Assembly (NCBI GenBank): GCA_028023455.1
Contig: JAQFVV010000010.1
Span: 11,408,001-11,472,000 of the forward strand
DNA length: 64,000 nt
Direction of reading: 5' to 3'
Source of the DNA: Epiperipatus broadwayi
Lineage: Eukaryota; Animalia; Onychophora
A program made the position numbers and the translations under genes. The notes below the pieces were generated by a model. It searched no databases and was not told the DNA's origin. It saw nothing but the letters and a program-made list of their open reading frames with translations. Shown here one piece after another: positions 39,101-54,100 of the stretch; positions within the stretch are counted from its first letter, which is position 1, and the number at the start of each line of letters is the position of its first letter.

Positions 39101-42100
39101 TCAAATATCTTGGAGCAATCCAAATCTAAGGAACAATATTCTCATTAGGTACAAAAGTTATATCCCCCCCCTACAATTTTGAACAAGAATAATTTAATAT
39201 TATAGTACTTGTGTGATTTTATAATTCTGGAAATAATTGCAATATTAATTTTATGTAAATTAACATGAATTATTCAAAATTCATTATTTTCTTCAGGAGT
39301 AATATTATCTCATTTATAATACATTTAAAAATTAATATAATTATTTAACATAATGATTATTAATATATTCATTGCAATATTAAATTATTTTTAATAAAAA
39401 TGCATCCTCACCGATTATTTTCTAACTATTTAAATTATTTAAGAGCTACTAAATTATAAATCATGAAATTTGTTTTAAATATTAAAGCGAAATAAAGAAT
39501 ATTTATTCAAAAACTTTCATATATATTAAATCATATAGCAAGACTGTGAGCTGATCATTTCATATGAAAGTTGTTTCCCATTGTAAACATATTATATTAT
39601 TATTTACAATGATAAAACTAATCTGTAAAATAATTTGAACAGTTTAGGAAACAAAAAACTTAATGACATTTAGATTAAAATAATTATTATTTTGATTTTA
39701 TAGTTCCTTTTTATTTTAATATTACAAATTATCAAACTATTTTGCATAAGTTGAAAATATTCCTGTATTACGGGGAGAAAAAAAGACATAAGCAAAAGTT
39801 ATAATATTTCCAAGTAGTGTTTTTTTTATTTCATTGTAATCTGAGAAATAATAACTTTATTACTTAATATATAACGGTAATCATGTTTAAAAATTATTCC
39901 CATTTTATAGTCATGTAGACCTTCTTTCAATTTAGTAAAATAAATTAATAAGAGTATTATGTCAGAATTGAAGATATTTATATCAAATGGAATAAAGAAA
40001 ACAACTCCAACAGCAAGAATACATATAAAACTTCCAAGTAATACATTTTCTTTAAATTTCACTGACATTTTGTGTAATATTAATTTTTTTTTTGACTTTA
40101 TATCTATATATAACTATCTTGATAACACTATACTCAATCTGCCTTAGAAATATAGTGAAGCTGTAATATATACTGTATCAATACACACTATTTCAATTAT
40201 ACACTATCCAGAAAAATGTAAACAAACAAAACAAAAAAAAAGAAATAAATAAACATAAAAGCAGACATTTTTCGGCTCAAAACATCGTACACAATCGCAT
40301 TTATTAATAATTGTTATTTCAAGTTACATGAAAGCATATTTTATGATTTGCTTTTTTCTTTTTATTCTTCCAGCAATGCTATTAAAATTTCATATAATAA
40401 AATGTTTTCTAAATCTAAAACTAAAAGTTTTATGAAATTTGAAAAAATTTGTATTTTTTTCAAGCAATAAAATGAAAATTAGTCATATCAGGAAAAAAGA
40501 ATTATAAAACATTCTTGAACGGCACCAAAAAGTTTAAAATTGAAGTTTAAATGAGAATTTAAAATAAATAATGACAAGGAAGGTAACTGTAGATTCTGCA
40601 GTCAATATGGACTTAAAAACATCAAAACAATTAGAAGATGTAGTGTGCTGATAATGAAAGAGCTATCTATAGGCGTAAAAAAAAGATATCCAGAGTATGT
40701 TTAACTGCGATAAAAAGTTAACCCATTGCTAGTCATTTTATTTTAAATGAAGATATAATATAGTTACTTTCTATTATTTTTACTTTTTGAATGTGAATGC
40801 ATCAACTGACATGGCTGATGTGTATATATATGCTCCTTCAAATAATTACATCATTATTATTTTAAATTTTGTTTATATTAGAATCTTAATTTATATATGC
40901 ATACCATAAACACAAATAAGTATCTGTTACATGTATGTGCGTGTAAAAAGTTCAGTACACTTGCACTTTAGTAAAATAATACATTCTATTGGAATCAAAA
41001 CTTATCAATAGGCTTAATATATGATATGCATGAAAGGAGGTGGGGAGTGGAATAAAATGTAGCAGATATCATGAATTCACTACATATGGTTATATGTATA
41101 ATAGTTATGGTTAAAGATTTTGCTTACATGGAGATCCAACTATGGAGTGTGTATTGCCTTAAAATTGTTTCTATCTGAAATGTTTGCATATTGGTAAAAA
41201 TCTTGCATAGTTTGGTGCAGTGGTAGAGTGGCATACTCTGAAGTCTATAGACAACATCTAGCTCCATCATTTGGTGCCCAAACTGCTCATGAACTCCTGA
41301 AGAATATATCCATTTGATTATTATTATTGGTAAAAAAAAAAAAAAAAGGAATAAAATGCTTTTAGTGTAGTACGAGTATTGATAAGTTTAGGGAGAAGGA
41401 AAAGTAAGAGGCTGCATGGAGAAGTAAAAAAGAGGGTTTAAAAAAAAAAAACACAAAACAAAAAGTTGACTGAATTGAGAATTTTGGATGACAACATGGA
41501 AGAATCTAATAAAAATGAAGGAAGAGTTGAATAAAATAAATGACAAAATTAAGAAATATTTTGTAAAAAAAAAAAAGAATGCAGAACAATGCAAATATTT
41601 AGAGGAATGAAAATAAATTAGAATATATATAATTTATTGAAATTTATATTATAGAAAGGAAGCCTTTCTGAGACCCTGTAAATTGGCGGAAAAATCAAAT
41701 TAGAATTTTAGTTACAATTAATTTGATTACAAATGCTTGCTAGCATAAATTAATTTCACACCATGAGTATACAGTTAAAGTTATTCAAAAATGAATATAG
41801 ATAAGCAGGTTTTTCTTTATAAATATATATATTATTATAGAATTAATTTGAAAATTGGAATTCTTATTTACTAAAAATAATCCATAATCTTTAACTTACC
41901 ACTATTTCATTTCGCACAGGTGAATTAATAGGTAATGTCAAACAGCACTGGTAAGAAACTTGACCACCTTCAATTTTATTTATACTATATTTAGGAACCA
42001 GGCGAGTAAAAATGTCACTTGGAAGTTTAGCACAATATCTAAAAACATATGTTTAAAAAACAGGCACAATAAAAAGAAATTAAATGCTTTTAGGAAAAAT

Positions 42101-45100
42101 AAAAATTTGATTAATGCTTATTAACAACTTATTATTATAGGAAGGTAAAACAAATTTTAAATAACCCATAATGGGCCAATGACCTCTCCAATATTTCTTC
42201 ACAGAAAAATAGTGGAGAAAGTCCTATCTACTAGGTTTGCCAATCACTAGATGATAAGGATCTAAGTATTTTTCATTTTTGCTTTCTTGCCAAAAATAAC
42301 TAATTAATTATTTATTGGCCAATATTAAATGATAACTTAAATTGGCAATGACTTGGTTACATGGGAAAAAATCTTGGCTTGATTATATACTGAAATTTTT
42401 TTTCAGTATACAATCAGGACTAAGATTTTTGTTTCACGTAACCAAGTCATTGCCAACTTATCATTTAATATTGGCCAATAAATAATTATCTAATTATTTT
42501 TGGCAAGAAAGCAAAAGAATTATGAAAAAATATTTTTTTAATGCAGATTATGAGAATGGTAGATAGATGCATTAACATTACACCATAAGTCTTTGATTTA
42601 ACATAAAAATTGAGAACTTACAAAGTCCTAAAATTAATTAAAAACCGAATAAAATATTTGCTAGTAAATTAAACCTAGGCGTAATAAAGATATTAGTTCA
42701 GATTTTGTCATATTTTCCCGGAGGATCTTGCTCTGTGATATAAAGATATTAGTTCAGATTTTGTCATATTTTCCTGGAGGATCTTGCTCTGTGATCTCAA
42801 CATAAACTAAAATTATATCTTGGAATAAGCAATTGCTTTACTTTAGAAAAGAATCAACTCCATGCAGTAACTTATACTTTTATTATTTGTAATAAAGAAA
42901 TAGTAAACTGAATCTCATCTATTAATGTTAAGATTTTTTTAGTGTATTGAATATTATTACAAACACTATTCATTCACAAAAGCAATGGTATTTTTTTAAT
43001 GATCAAAATATGAAAAATGAGAATATTACACGTATTCTTTACTTGAAGTATTATTCTTTATCATTTTCAAACAACAGGTTATATATGATTCATAGCCGAA
43101 AGATTTCTGCATTGGTAAAGATGTTGAAGTCAGTTGACAGTAGAAAGAACCATATTTATAATAGCCATTGTTATTAGAAAGGATTTGAACTCAGACTTTC
43201 GAGCTACCGACAGGTATCCACTCCATCTTATGTAACCAATACATATGACCACATACTCATAAAAAAGATAAATTATTTCCAATATACGTATTTCATGCTA
43301 AACCAGGATTCATCGGTCAGCCCAGATCATCTCCCACATATATATAACCAGTGTTCAATTTATATTAAAATAACAAATCTTCAAACTTTAATAGACATGA
43401 GATGATGATCTGGACCAAATGATGAACATTGAAAATCATTTATCTTTTTCACATGTGGTCATGTGTATTGGTTGTATAAGTTGAAATGAATAGTTGTAGG
43501 GAGCTCGAAAGTTTGAGTTCAAATCCTTTCTAATTACATTAAGTTCAGTATAGACAATATATTTGTATCTAAACATTAAATAGTCATTGTTGCAGTTAAT
43601 AGTATGTTTTTCTCTAAATAAGAAACATCCTTTATTATATCTGAATCCAGATCATAAACATTTTTGTGAGATAAGGGTAAGAATGCATTCTGAAATATAG
43701 GTGATAATAATATGTCTAAAATCTTAGAAAAAAATTTCAATATGGACTGAGATTTAGTTCGAGTTACAAAAAGATTTATTGACTTGAATGAAATAACTTT
43801 TTATACAAAAACATGAATATATTGTAATTAACAAAAATAAAAAAAAATGGTGAGAAACTTGATTAGTGATGGTATGAAAAGACTTATCATGAGATTGATG
43901 ATTTTTATAGAAATATTAATGAATATAGATAATAAAAATGATGTATGCATCTGTGTTAGGTCCATATGACACTTTGAAGTGATGCTATTATGACAGTTAG
44001 ATTGTATAAAACATTTGCATTTCTTTAAGAGTAAATGGATAATTTTCAAACCCAGTTCTAACAATATCTACTTGACTTGAAAACAGAGATGCTATTGAAT
44101 CATGTATTATAAAGGCACATTCCTGCTAGATTAGGCATGGTAACAGACATAATATATATATTTTAAAATAAATATGAACATGGATTTCATGAGTCAAGAC
44201 TTTATTAATATTATAAAGTTTATTTCAAAGAGATAAAATATTGATTGCTATAATAAAGATATGGAGAGTTACAATTAAGCAAGATTTTTGTTTGTCTTTC
44301 TGATGTTATAATAATCATATTTATAGCTACTAGATGATTTATAGTTTTAGACTAAACCAGGATAACAAATTATGAGTAGTTGAGATAAAATAGACTATTT
44401 GATGAAAGAAACAATGGAATGTTTCAGAACAGCTTACAGAAAGCACAATATTTATAAAATATATAATTTACACCAGTTGGACTGACAACTTGAAGTGCTA
44501 TTATTATACCCCCCCCCCTCTCTGGTCAAAAGCAATGATCAGCAAATTATTTAATTAATTATCTAACAGAATCTTTTCTTGTATTAGCATATTAACATTA
44601 TTCATAGAATAAAAATATCAATAAACATTTTATTTTGTATTAGAGAATTAGAATAATTTAGTTTGCAGATATAATGAATGAGGTCATTCTTGTTGAAAAT
44701 TGATGTGATCTAATTACCAAAAATTAAAAAAAACTTGAATATATATTTGTTTAAAAAAAAACCCTAAGATATATTAGTGAAAATAATATAACAATTAAAT
44801 CATGAAATTAAAGTAATTCATAAATGGGTTTTTTTTTTAGTAATACAATATTAAGATTTTTAAAATCCTCTTTCATTACAATAAAAGCAACGACCAGTAT
44901 ATTTAGCTATAATAAACATTACGAATTAAATAGATTGTTCCAGAAAATGGTACATCCTTTTTAATATCTGCATTATTAAAAATTTTGATATTATTTTTAA
45001 ATCTTTTATAAATATATGTTAATCAATTGTTGATGCATTTATTGTGAAGCAATTTGTTTAGGTCAATAAATGTCCTTGGGTTAAGGTTTTTACATGCATT

Positions 45101-48100
45101 ATGCCAGGATGAATTTTATGGATTAATTTTAATATATCATTCTCTTTCCTGCGATATTATTACAAATATGACTCCCTTTGGATCAATCTTCTTGAGCCTT
45201 GATAACTGCTTCCAACTATTCCAAAAATTAAAAAAAAACACAATTTTTGGTCTTTATACTGCTAAACTTTACAAATCCATTTTATAAGAATTTGATATTC
45301 TTTATCTTGTATGTGCATTCCGATATAGATAACATTTAACTTCAACTTTTCTCTATGGAATTCAATCTTGTTCGATATTTTTAACACATATGCTGAATAT
45401 AAATTTGTTTTTGATATTTTAATTCAACATCATAAAATATTGTGCCAAGAAAAGACTTAAGTAATCGAGAATGTTTTGCTTTAGATAAAATATCTTAGAA
45501 TGATTTGTAATCACTTGATTTTGAATGAGCAATCATATAGGTATTGACAATCTTTTTTAATTCCAAAGATAATTATTTGTGCTTTTTTAAGTTGGCTATA
45601 ATTTCTCTCTATCCTTAACTTTGAACAAAATGCAAAAGTAATTTAGTTTTTCATCATCACTCGTTTAATGATCAATCATTGCAAGTGTCATCAATAATCA
45701 GCATTACTTTCATATCATTATTAAAATGCATTAATAATTTAAGTAAATAATGTTTTAGCCATATGAATGCATTCTCTAGATCTGTTTACTAAAATCATGC
45801 CCGATTTTTATAAAGATCATATGTTAGCTGTGCTACATAGGTTTTTTTCTTCTAAATAAATCTTGTAAAAATTCACTGATCCTAAAAAAATTCTTTAAGT
45901 TTCTTTACATTTTTAGGGATTCGGACTTTTTTTAACTACCATAACTTTTTCAGGAGTGCAATGTTTTTCTTATCCTGATATAGTAAGTCCTAAAAAATAT
46001 ATTATCACAAATTTATCTAAATGTTTACACCCTCATTATTGTTTTTAAGAGTGGCATCGGATTTTTGCTAAGCTCGGATGTTATAGTGTATTATTTTTCT
46101 ATTCCTTGAATAAGTATATTCATTTTAGCTTGGAACATATTTGGAACAATTGTGATTCCAAATGATAGAAGTTTATATTTAAAAACTCATGTAATAATTA
46201 AATTTTGATTATTCCTTTAGCTTTCATATCACGTTTTTAGTCAAATAAGAGCATTATTGCATTGATGTTAACACTACTTTCACATTCTGCAAGCTACACA
46301 TGTTCTTACATTAAGTTTTGTTCACACTTACATAAGAAACCCTGCAAGTGTATATGTACTGTCTGATTTTATGGTAACAATAGATGTAGAACACTCAGAT
46401 ATTTCCATTGGAATTAATATTCCTTTTCTAAGTAATATATTGAATTTCCATTTAACTTTTGCTCTTTTATTATAAGAAATCTTTGATGGTTTTGTGTTTT
46501 CCATAAGAAATATTTTAACAGGCAATATGATAATTTAAACAAATTAAGGAAAACAATCTTGTATCTCTCTCTCTCTCTCACTTTTTTAATAGAAATATAC
46601 TTACTGTATGCAATGTCTAAACATGTATAAAGTGATGAAAAATAAAGACAAAACGTTATACATAACAAATAGTCAGAATTTACAAATGTATGCTAATCCT
46701 GCAAGTATCTATTCATTATGTGAATATATGGATTATGCTGGTGCAAATAAACTACTGAAAATAGCCAGAGTAAGAGGATAAATAGCAGCTTTGAGTATGC
46801 ATAGTGCTAAGAATGGATGAGAGTAGAGTAGCAGAATTATCACAGATAAGATGATAAATGTCAATGGTAAGAAGATGTATAATTTGCAAGTGTTTATATG
46901 AAGGAACAATTTTCTAGTTGCATAGATGAAGATTTATACTTATTTGTTTATATCGAGTCAATAAACTCTCAACATCGAAGATAAAACTTAACAAATCGTT
47001 AAGTTTTATCTTCGATGTTGAGTGTTCATTTTAGCTTAAATATTGATGTGTATTCAACTGGAAATAATAATATTAACTCTGGATGTAGCACTGTATGGAG
47101 CTTAATTCAAAACGGCTGAATAACTCATAATTTAATACGGGTGAATTTCCTTTGACAATTTATATATTTAAATCTGATAGTTTCGAATGTAGTCTAATTA
47201 AACTAACATTTTTACTACAATTTCTCTTTGCATATATATTATATTAACATTTATATCTTTTGTGCAAAGTTTAAATTTTTTAACAAGTGGTAGATTTTTA
47301 GATTTAACTATCAGGAATTACCTGTCTATTTCTGACATTAGCAATATTCCTGAATCACTATTTCCATGGAGATATTGATTTTTATAAATGTTTTTAGATA
47401 GCATATATTGATCTAGAATTCCAGCGAATATTTTTCAAATTTATTTTATTAATTTTTACATCAGTTTTATTTCACCAATTATTAGAATTTCATTTCATCA
47501 TGCTTTTTCCTTCTGGAAAACTTTTGCCATGTTATCTCTAATTTTGAAAATACTATAGTTTACATTCCTTCACTTGCATTTTTCCACAAAAAAAATATTT
47601 CAGTTCTGGAATCATACTATCTTTTTTTCAATCTTCCTTGCATTAGCATTTTAGATTTATTAATGATAGTTTGTTACTTTTCTGCAGTAGTCTTGTCTTG
47701 TAACCCTTAATATTGATTTAACATTATCCTGTGCATTAAATTTTTCTTGACATTATCTGCACAGACTATTGTCTCAATTTTATATCTGCCATTCGTATAA
47801 AAATTATTCAAGAAGTGTCTCTTCTAAGAAATTTCCATTTATTACTTTTTTAGTGAGATCTTAGAGTGTTATACTATATTATCTTATAAACTTTCTTTTA
47901 AATTGTTTCAGATTTTGAATGCATAATCTAATTATAAGCCTAAATGGATTTGGTTAGAATAATTATTTCCTTTTTCTATACTTTTGTTGATAGATCTCAA
48001 ATTCTATCAGAGATCTCATTTACCCTCTTCCTTGCAAAACGTAATAATGTAGCTGTCATTGATTTATCAAAGTCAATTTTGTTTAGTAAAAAAAAATTTG

Positions 48101-51100
48101 ATCCTCATCACATACAAAAACTATTTGATGGCATTTTTATATCAAACTGTCCATAAATGTTCATCCCATTAATATTTTTTACCTTATATATGTACATAGG
48201 AGTATGAAATTATTATATTCAAGTCTTACAGTTAATACAAAAAGTGGTAATATGTTGCAAGATTCTTGGCCAAATAAATTTTTCCCATTATGTGAGTATT
48301 CGCTCCATTGCCTGAGCTAGTGAATTAATACATCGAACTGTTCTGATGTATTATGTTTGAAGGGACAACTTTCATTGTGGGTGAGGATTAGCTAATGGAT
48401 TGATCAGATATACCTACAATAAAGGGAAGCTATAGATTTCATATTCAATAAATAACTCAAGGAATATATAAGGCATACACTTTTAATACAACCAAATATA
48501 ATTCTATAACTTTATTAATAAATATATTGAAACAAAAGAAATCCAATAGCTCAATTAGTAACATTACAAAGCTGCATGAAAAAAAAAGTTTAATAAAAAA
48601 CTCATAAATTGAATAATAAATGTAAAATTTGCCATATTTGTATGTGCACTTATACTTGGTATAACATATTTGTCACAAAGTACATTGGTAAAAAATTTAA
48701 AAAAAAATTAATTTATACATTGTAATCATGCTATTGGATATTTTTATCAGTGAAATGTAATAGATGAAAAGTAATAAAATGATGAGTTGTACTATGTAAA
48801 GGAAGAAAAAAAAGATAGTTTTGATGTCATAAGAATTTGAATTCGAAGAGTGTTTCTTTCTTATTTTACTCTATATAAACCTGTTCTTATGATATTTTAG
48901 ATTGATTATATTAAGAAGCTCAATTAGCAAGCCACTAGTTGAATATATTAATTCACTATCAATTTGTATATATATTGAATAATAAACTTGTTAAGTTATT
49001 AAAACTTTTGGTGTGTTGTTTTCTACAAATAATTACTGAGTGTATGGCTGCTAAATTAAAGTCTGGTCCCGTACATAACAATTTTATAAAGAAACTACTA
49101 TTCAATACTTTAAATATAATTAACTATAAGTACCAACAAGTAACTAGTTATTATATTTAAATCACAACACTATAGTTACTGCTTAAATAAACCAATAGAA
49201 TATCAACAAGGCAACATTCAATTAGAAAACAAACAGAATCTAGTGCAAAATTTTTAAAGACAATGATTGAAATCAATTACTAAAAGATTAAATCTGCCAT
49301 CTATTATCTAATTGAATTACCTTGACAATAAATTTCGGTAATCTATTGGTTTATTTAAACATTTGTTTTGCAATATGATGTGTATATAATAATAAGAGCT
49401 AATGGCATTTATGGGTTAAATCAATATATATTTAACTTATTTTCAAACATATATTATAGGCACTAATAAATTTGATATCAGATGAAAGACATTTCATGTA
49501 AGAGAATGTTAAAACAAATGATCTAACAATTGCTAATGCCCAAATTAGCATTTTTCAGTAACAACAATTCAGACAATAGCAACTTGATTTAACCTAAATG
49601 CAACAGAATTTATTTCATTCTAGCAAACTGCTATTGTCCAAATTGATTGATGTGCAACATCTTTACAGACTACTAAAAGAGATTACTTTTTTTATTAGTA
49701 AAAAATCCAGACAGTAGCATTTGTGAGATAATTTATTTTAGCGTTCTCTTATTATTATTAGAATTATATATATATATAATAATCAATGAAGCAAGTCATA
49801 TATAGCGTGACATTGCTTTTATGAGCTTGTATTTACAAATATGTAATATAGGGAGCGTACTGTGCCGAAAGCTAAGTTAAAATTTGATATGGATATAAAG
49901 ACTGCTTGCTTGTGGTATGAAAGTGAGGAGTAAATTGTGATCAAGAGAGATAGACTTATATGAATTTGGAAAGATCGGGAATTGTTAACGTTTAGAAAGT
50001 GTTTCGTTCACCATTTTAAACATAGAAGTTTAAAAAAAAAAAAAATTATTTTGATGAAAGTGTGTTAATGTAAGGATATTTTATAACTAAGTTGTATGTA
50101 AGATTAGTTGGTTTTTTTAGTAAGTTTATTACTAAAGATTTTTTAAATTTAAGAACAGTGATTTATTTGAGAAAAAAGATAATGTTTTGGAGGCCTAAGG
50201 TCGGAAAACACATGGTTATTGATCGAGCGTTTTTGAAAGTTTTTATCCCGTGCAAAGGGGTTCGACGAGTAGGAGAGGAAGTATATAGTCAAATATAGAG
50301 TAGGTGACTTGAAAAATACAGAATATGGATTGCATTTGTGTTTCACAATGCATATAATCGTCAGAAAGAAATCAGATGTGCTATGGTAGAGTGTACTATA
50401 TGTGATGAGGTTTATCACTTGAAATGTTTAAATATTACTAGGAAGGATGTAATGGGTTTATGGTTATGTAGACAGTGTGTACATGTGATAAAAGAGGTGA
50501 AAAAGTGGTTTCTAAGTATAGATAGCTTAAAAAGCAAGTCAGGAGAAATGGAGAAAAATGTAGTTGAGGAAGACAGGACAGAGTATGTTTTTAGTGGAGT
50601 GACAAGAAATATGAATGAAAAAATAGGTAATGCAATAGAGATGATTAGCCAAAGAATAAGTAAGATAGAGGAAGAGGTAAAGGATGTAGAAGCAAAATTA
50701 AAATCGTTAGAGACGAAGTGTGAGCAGATAACAGACTTATTGAATAGGAATGATAAGGAAGAAGTAGATAAGGAAGTCCAGAAGGTGGTAGAGAAGGTTA
50801 TGAATGAAGCAGAGAAAGTAGACTATGAGACAGTATTGATAGGAGATTCACTAATTAGAGAATGTGGAGATATAATTGCAAGGGAAAATAGAAACAGGTA
50901 TGTAAGAGTATGTTTGCCTGGAGCTAGAATTAGGGATGTTACAGATAAAGTAAAGAAGCAAGGGAGTAGAGATGTGTATGTTATGGTAGGGACTAATAAT
51001 TTGTCAGAGCCATCAGAGAGAGTAATGGATGAGTACATAGAATTGATTAGGAATTTGAGTAAGATTAAAGGAAGAGTAGGAATAGTTGGATTATTACCAA

Positions 51101-54100
51101 GATTTGACAAGAGGTATATGTTAGATAGGGCATGTTCTATAAATGAGAGATTGAAAAAATTGTGTGAGAGAAATGATGTTATGTTTGTGGATGTGTGGGA
51201 TTTTTTTATTGGGAAGAGGGAGTTATATAGTAAAGATGGATTGCACTTAGGAAAACAAGGAAGTGAAGTTTTAGGGAGTCTGATTTATAAAGAATATAGT
51301 TCGGGAAACTTATAAAGGATGGTGGGGTTTTAAATTGCACCATTATCAGAAAAAAGAAAAATGGATGGGATGTAAGAAATAAACAAAGGGTAGCTGATTT
51401 AGATGTAAATGTGGAGAGGGAATGGGCTTGTAAAATTAATGGTAAGCAAGTTATTTATAAATGTAATGGAGAAGAAAGAGTCAAAAGAATTTATAAAAGA
51501 GTAGTTAGGAAAGAAGAAATTATTAAAATTGGGTATTTGAATATGCAAGGTGATAGGAGACCAGAAAAGTGGCTGGAATTAAACAAAGCAATTAAAAATG
51601 AAGAGCTTGAGGTATTAGCAGTAGTGGAAACATATCTAAGAGAAGAAGAACCTATTCTGGAAGACTTGGTATGGCAGAGTATAAATAGAAAACAAGAAAA
51701 AAGGATTGGTGGTATAGGAGTTATGTCAAAAAAATATTTAAATACTGTTAAATGTCAAGAACATTTGTGGTTTGAGATAAGGTTAGGAAGACAAGAATGG
51801 ATGGTGGCTATAGTGTATATAGCTACTGGAGATAGTCAATCTATAATGGAGTGGAACAGTAGCATATATGAATGCCTAGTTAAGGATATACAGAGTTTCA
51901 AAGAAAAGAGGAAGAGAATAATGGTTATAGGGGATATGAATGGGCATAATGAAGAAATTGATGATGTATTGTAGGTAATAAGAATGGACAGATTTTGAAG
52001 AATTTTTGTCAGAGTGAATTTGAGCATTGGAAATTTTATCAAATATTTATGAGGGACAATACACATGGTCTAGAAATGATATATTCCATACAATAGATTA
52101 TGTATTAGTAGAGAAAGAGTGAATGAATAAAGTATGAAAATTTAAGATGTTTGATAATGAAGAGAGAGTATGTAATAGTGATCATAATTTCTTTATAATA
52201 GAAATGGTTAGTAATGTGATAGAAAATAGAAATAAAGTTGAAGAAACCATGGAAGAGTAGGTTGGAGATGAGTATAACGACTGGTGTGGTACAACAGAGA
52301 AAGTGGCAAATAGAGTTTTAGGTGAGAATATTCAGAAGAATAAAAGTAATAAAAAAGGGAAAGTTAGTAAAAGTGTTAAAGAGAGGGAAAAAGCATGCAG
52401 AGAATATATGTGTGCTATTAAGAACAAAGAAAGTGAAAAAGATGTTAATGTTAAATGGGAAAAGTACTTAGAAAAAAAGAAGTTGGCTAAAATAGATAAT
52501 TATAGAGCGAGAATGAAATTGAATAGCAAATTGTTGAAAGATATTAATAGAAGTGGAAGAGATAGGAATAAAAAATTTTGGAAATACATTAAAAAAAAGG
52601 AATGTAGGGGAGAGAGAGATAGTATTACTAGATGATGAGAGAGTAGAGTAGCTCTAGAGAAGAATTAGAAATAATATTAAATATGTATTGGATATAGAAA
52701 AAATGTTAGATGTGCAGGACTGGGTGATACCCAACATGAAAGCATATAGTAATGGGAATATTAGGTTTACAGAAAATGAACTGATGAGGCAGGGAAGAAA
52801 TTAAAAAGTGGAAAGGCAAGAGGTTTAGATGGATGGGCAGTAGAGATGGCAATGAATTTAGGACATAAGGCAAAAGTAAAATTATTATCGTGTTTTAATA
52901 AGATGGCACTGAAGAGAGATTTTTCAGGTAGTTGGAGTAATACAAGAGTAAGGCTACTATTTAAAAGAAAGGGTAAGGATCATAGAAAGTTAAACAATTA
53001 TAGACCAATAGTGGTAACATCAGTTTTATATAAAGTTTTCTCATGTAGGGTGGCTGAAAGGATTGCAAAATGGATGGAAGAAAATAATATAGTAGGAAAA
53101 ATGCAAGGAGGTTTTTGATTGGATAGGCATACAGGAGATAGTTTATTTGTAGTTACACAACTTATGGATATGAGTAGGTATACAGTTATATATGGTTTTT
53201 ATAGATATAGAGAAGGCATATGATAGAGTAAATACTAATAGATTATGGGTAAGTTTAGTAAATTTGGGAATGGATGGAGCTTTAATGGATATTATTAAGA
53301 AATTATATGAAAATAATTACTGTATGTATCAATTAGGGAATATAGAATCAGTTAAAGTTAAAAATGGGGTGGGACTAAGGCAAGGATGCCTATGTCACTT
53401 ATTTTGTTTTTGTTGTATTTGAGAGAAATGGAGAGAGCAATAGAAAGATTAGGAAGAAGGATACAGATACCATTAATAGATGGCATTTAAATATATACAT
53501 TATCAGGTCTTTTATTTGCAGATGATGTCTTTTTGTGTGCAGAAAGAAGGGAAGATATAGAAGTTATGCTGAGGACATGTGCAAGGGTGGGTAAAGAGAT
53601 GGGGATTAAGTTTAGTGAAGAAAAATCAAAAGTAATGATGATTAATACTGGGGAAAGAGAAGACAAAGAATTTTTATTGGGGGATATAAAGTTAAGTGTG
53701 GTGAATAGATATAACTATTTGGGAATCATCTTAAGTAATCAGAGAAATTGCTTGGATGAATGGGAGAAAAAATTGATAAATGAAGCAAAGAAAAAAAAGG
53801 GATTGATAAAGAAATTAACAGTGTTTTCATATAATAAATATGATGTAGCTAGAATTGTATGGAAGGGAGTGGCAGTAGCAGGTTTAACATATGGTAAGCA
53901 AGTAAAGGGATATTAGATTACTTAGAAAAAGTACAAAGTGAAGTAGGAAGACATGCATTAGATGCAGATGTGTGGATGGCAAAGGAGGCAATTCAAGGAG
54001 AAATGGGATGGTCAAGTTTTTATATGAGGGATGCAAAAAGCAAAATGAAAATGTTTGGTAGATTGCAGTTTATGGATAATAAAAGAATAGCCAAAATAGT

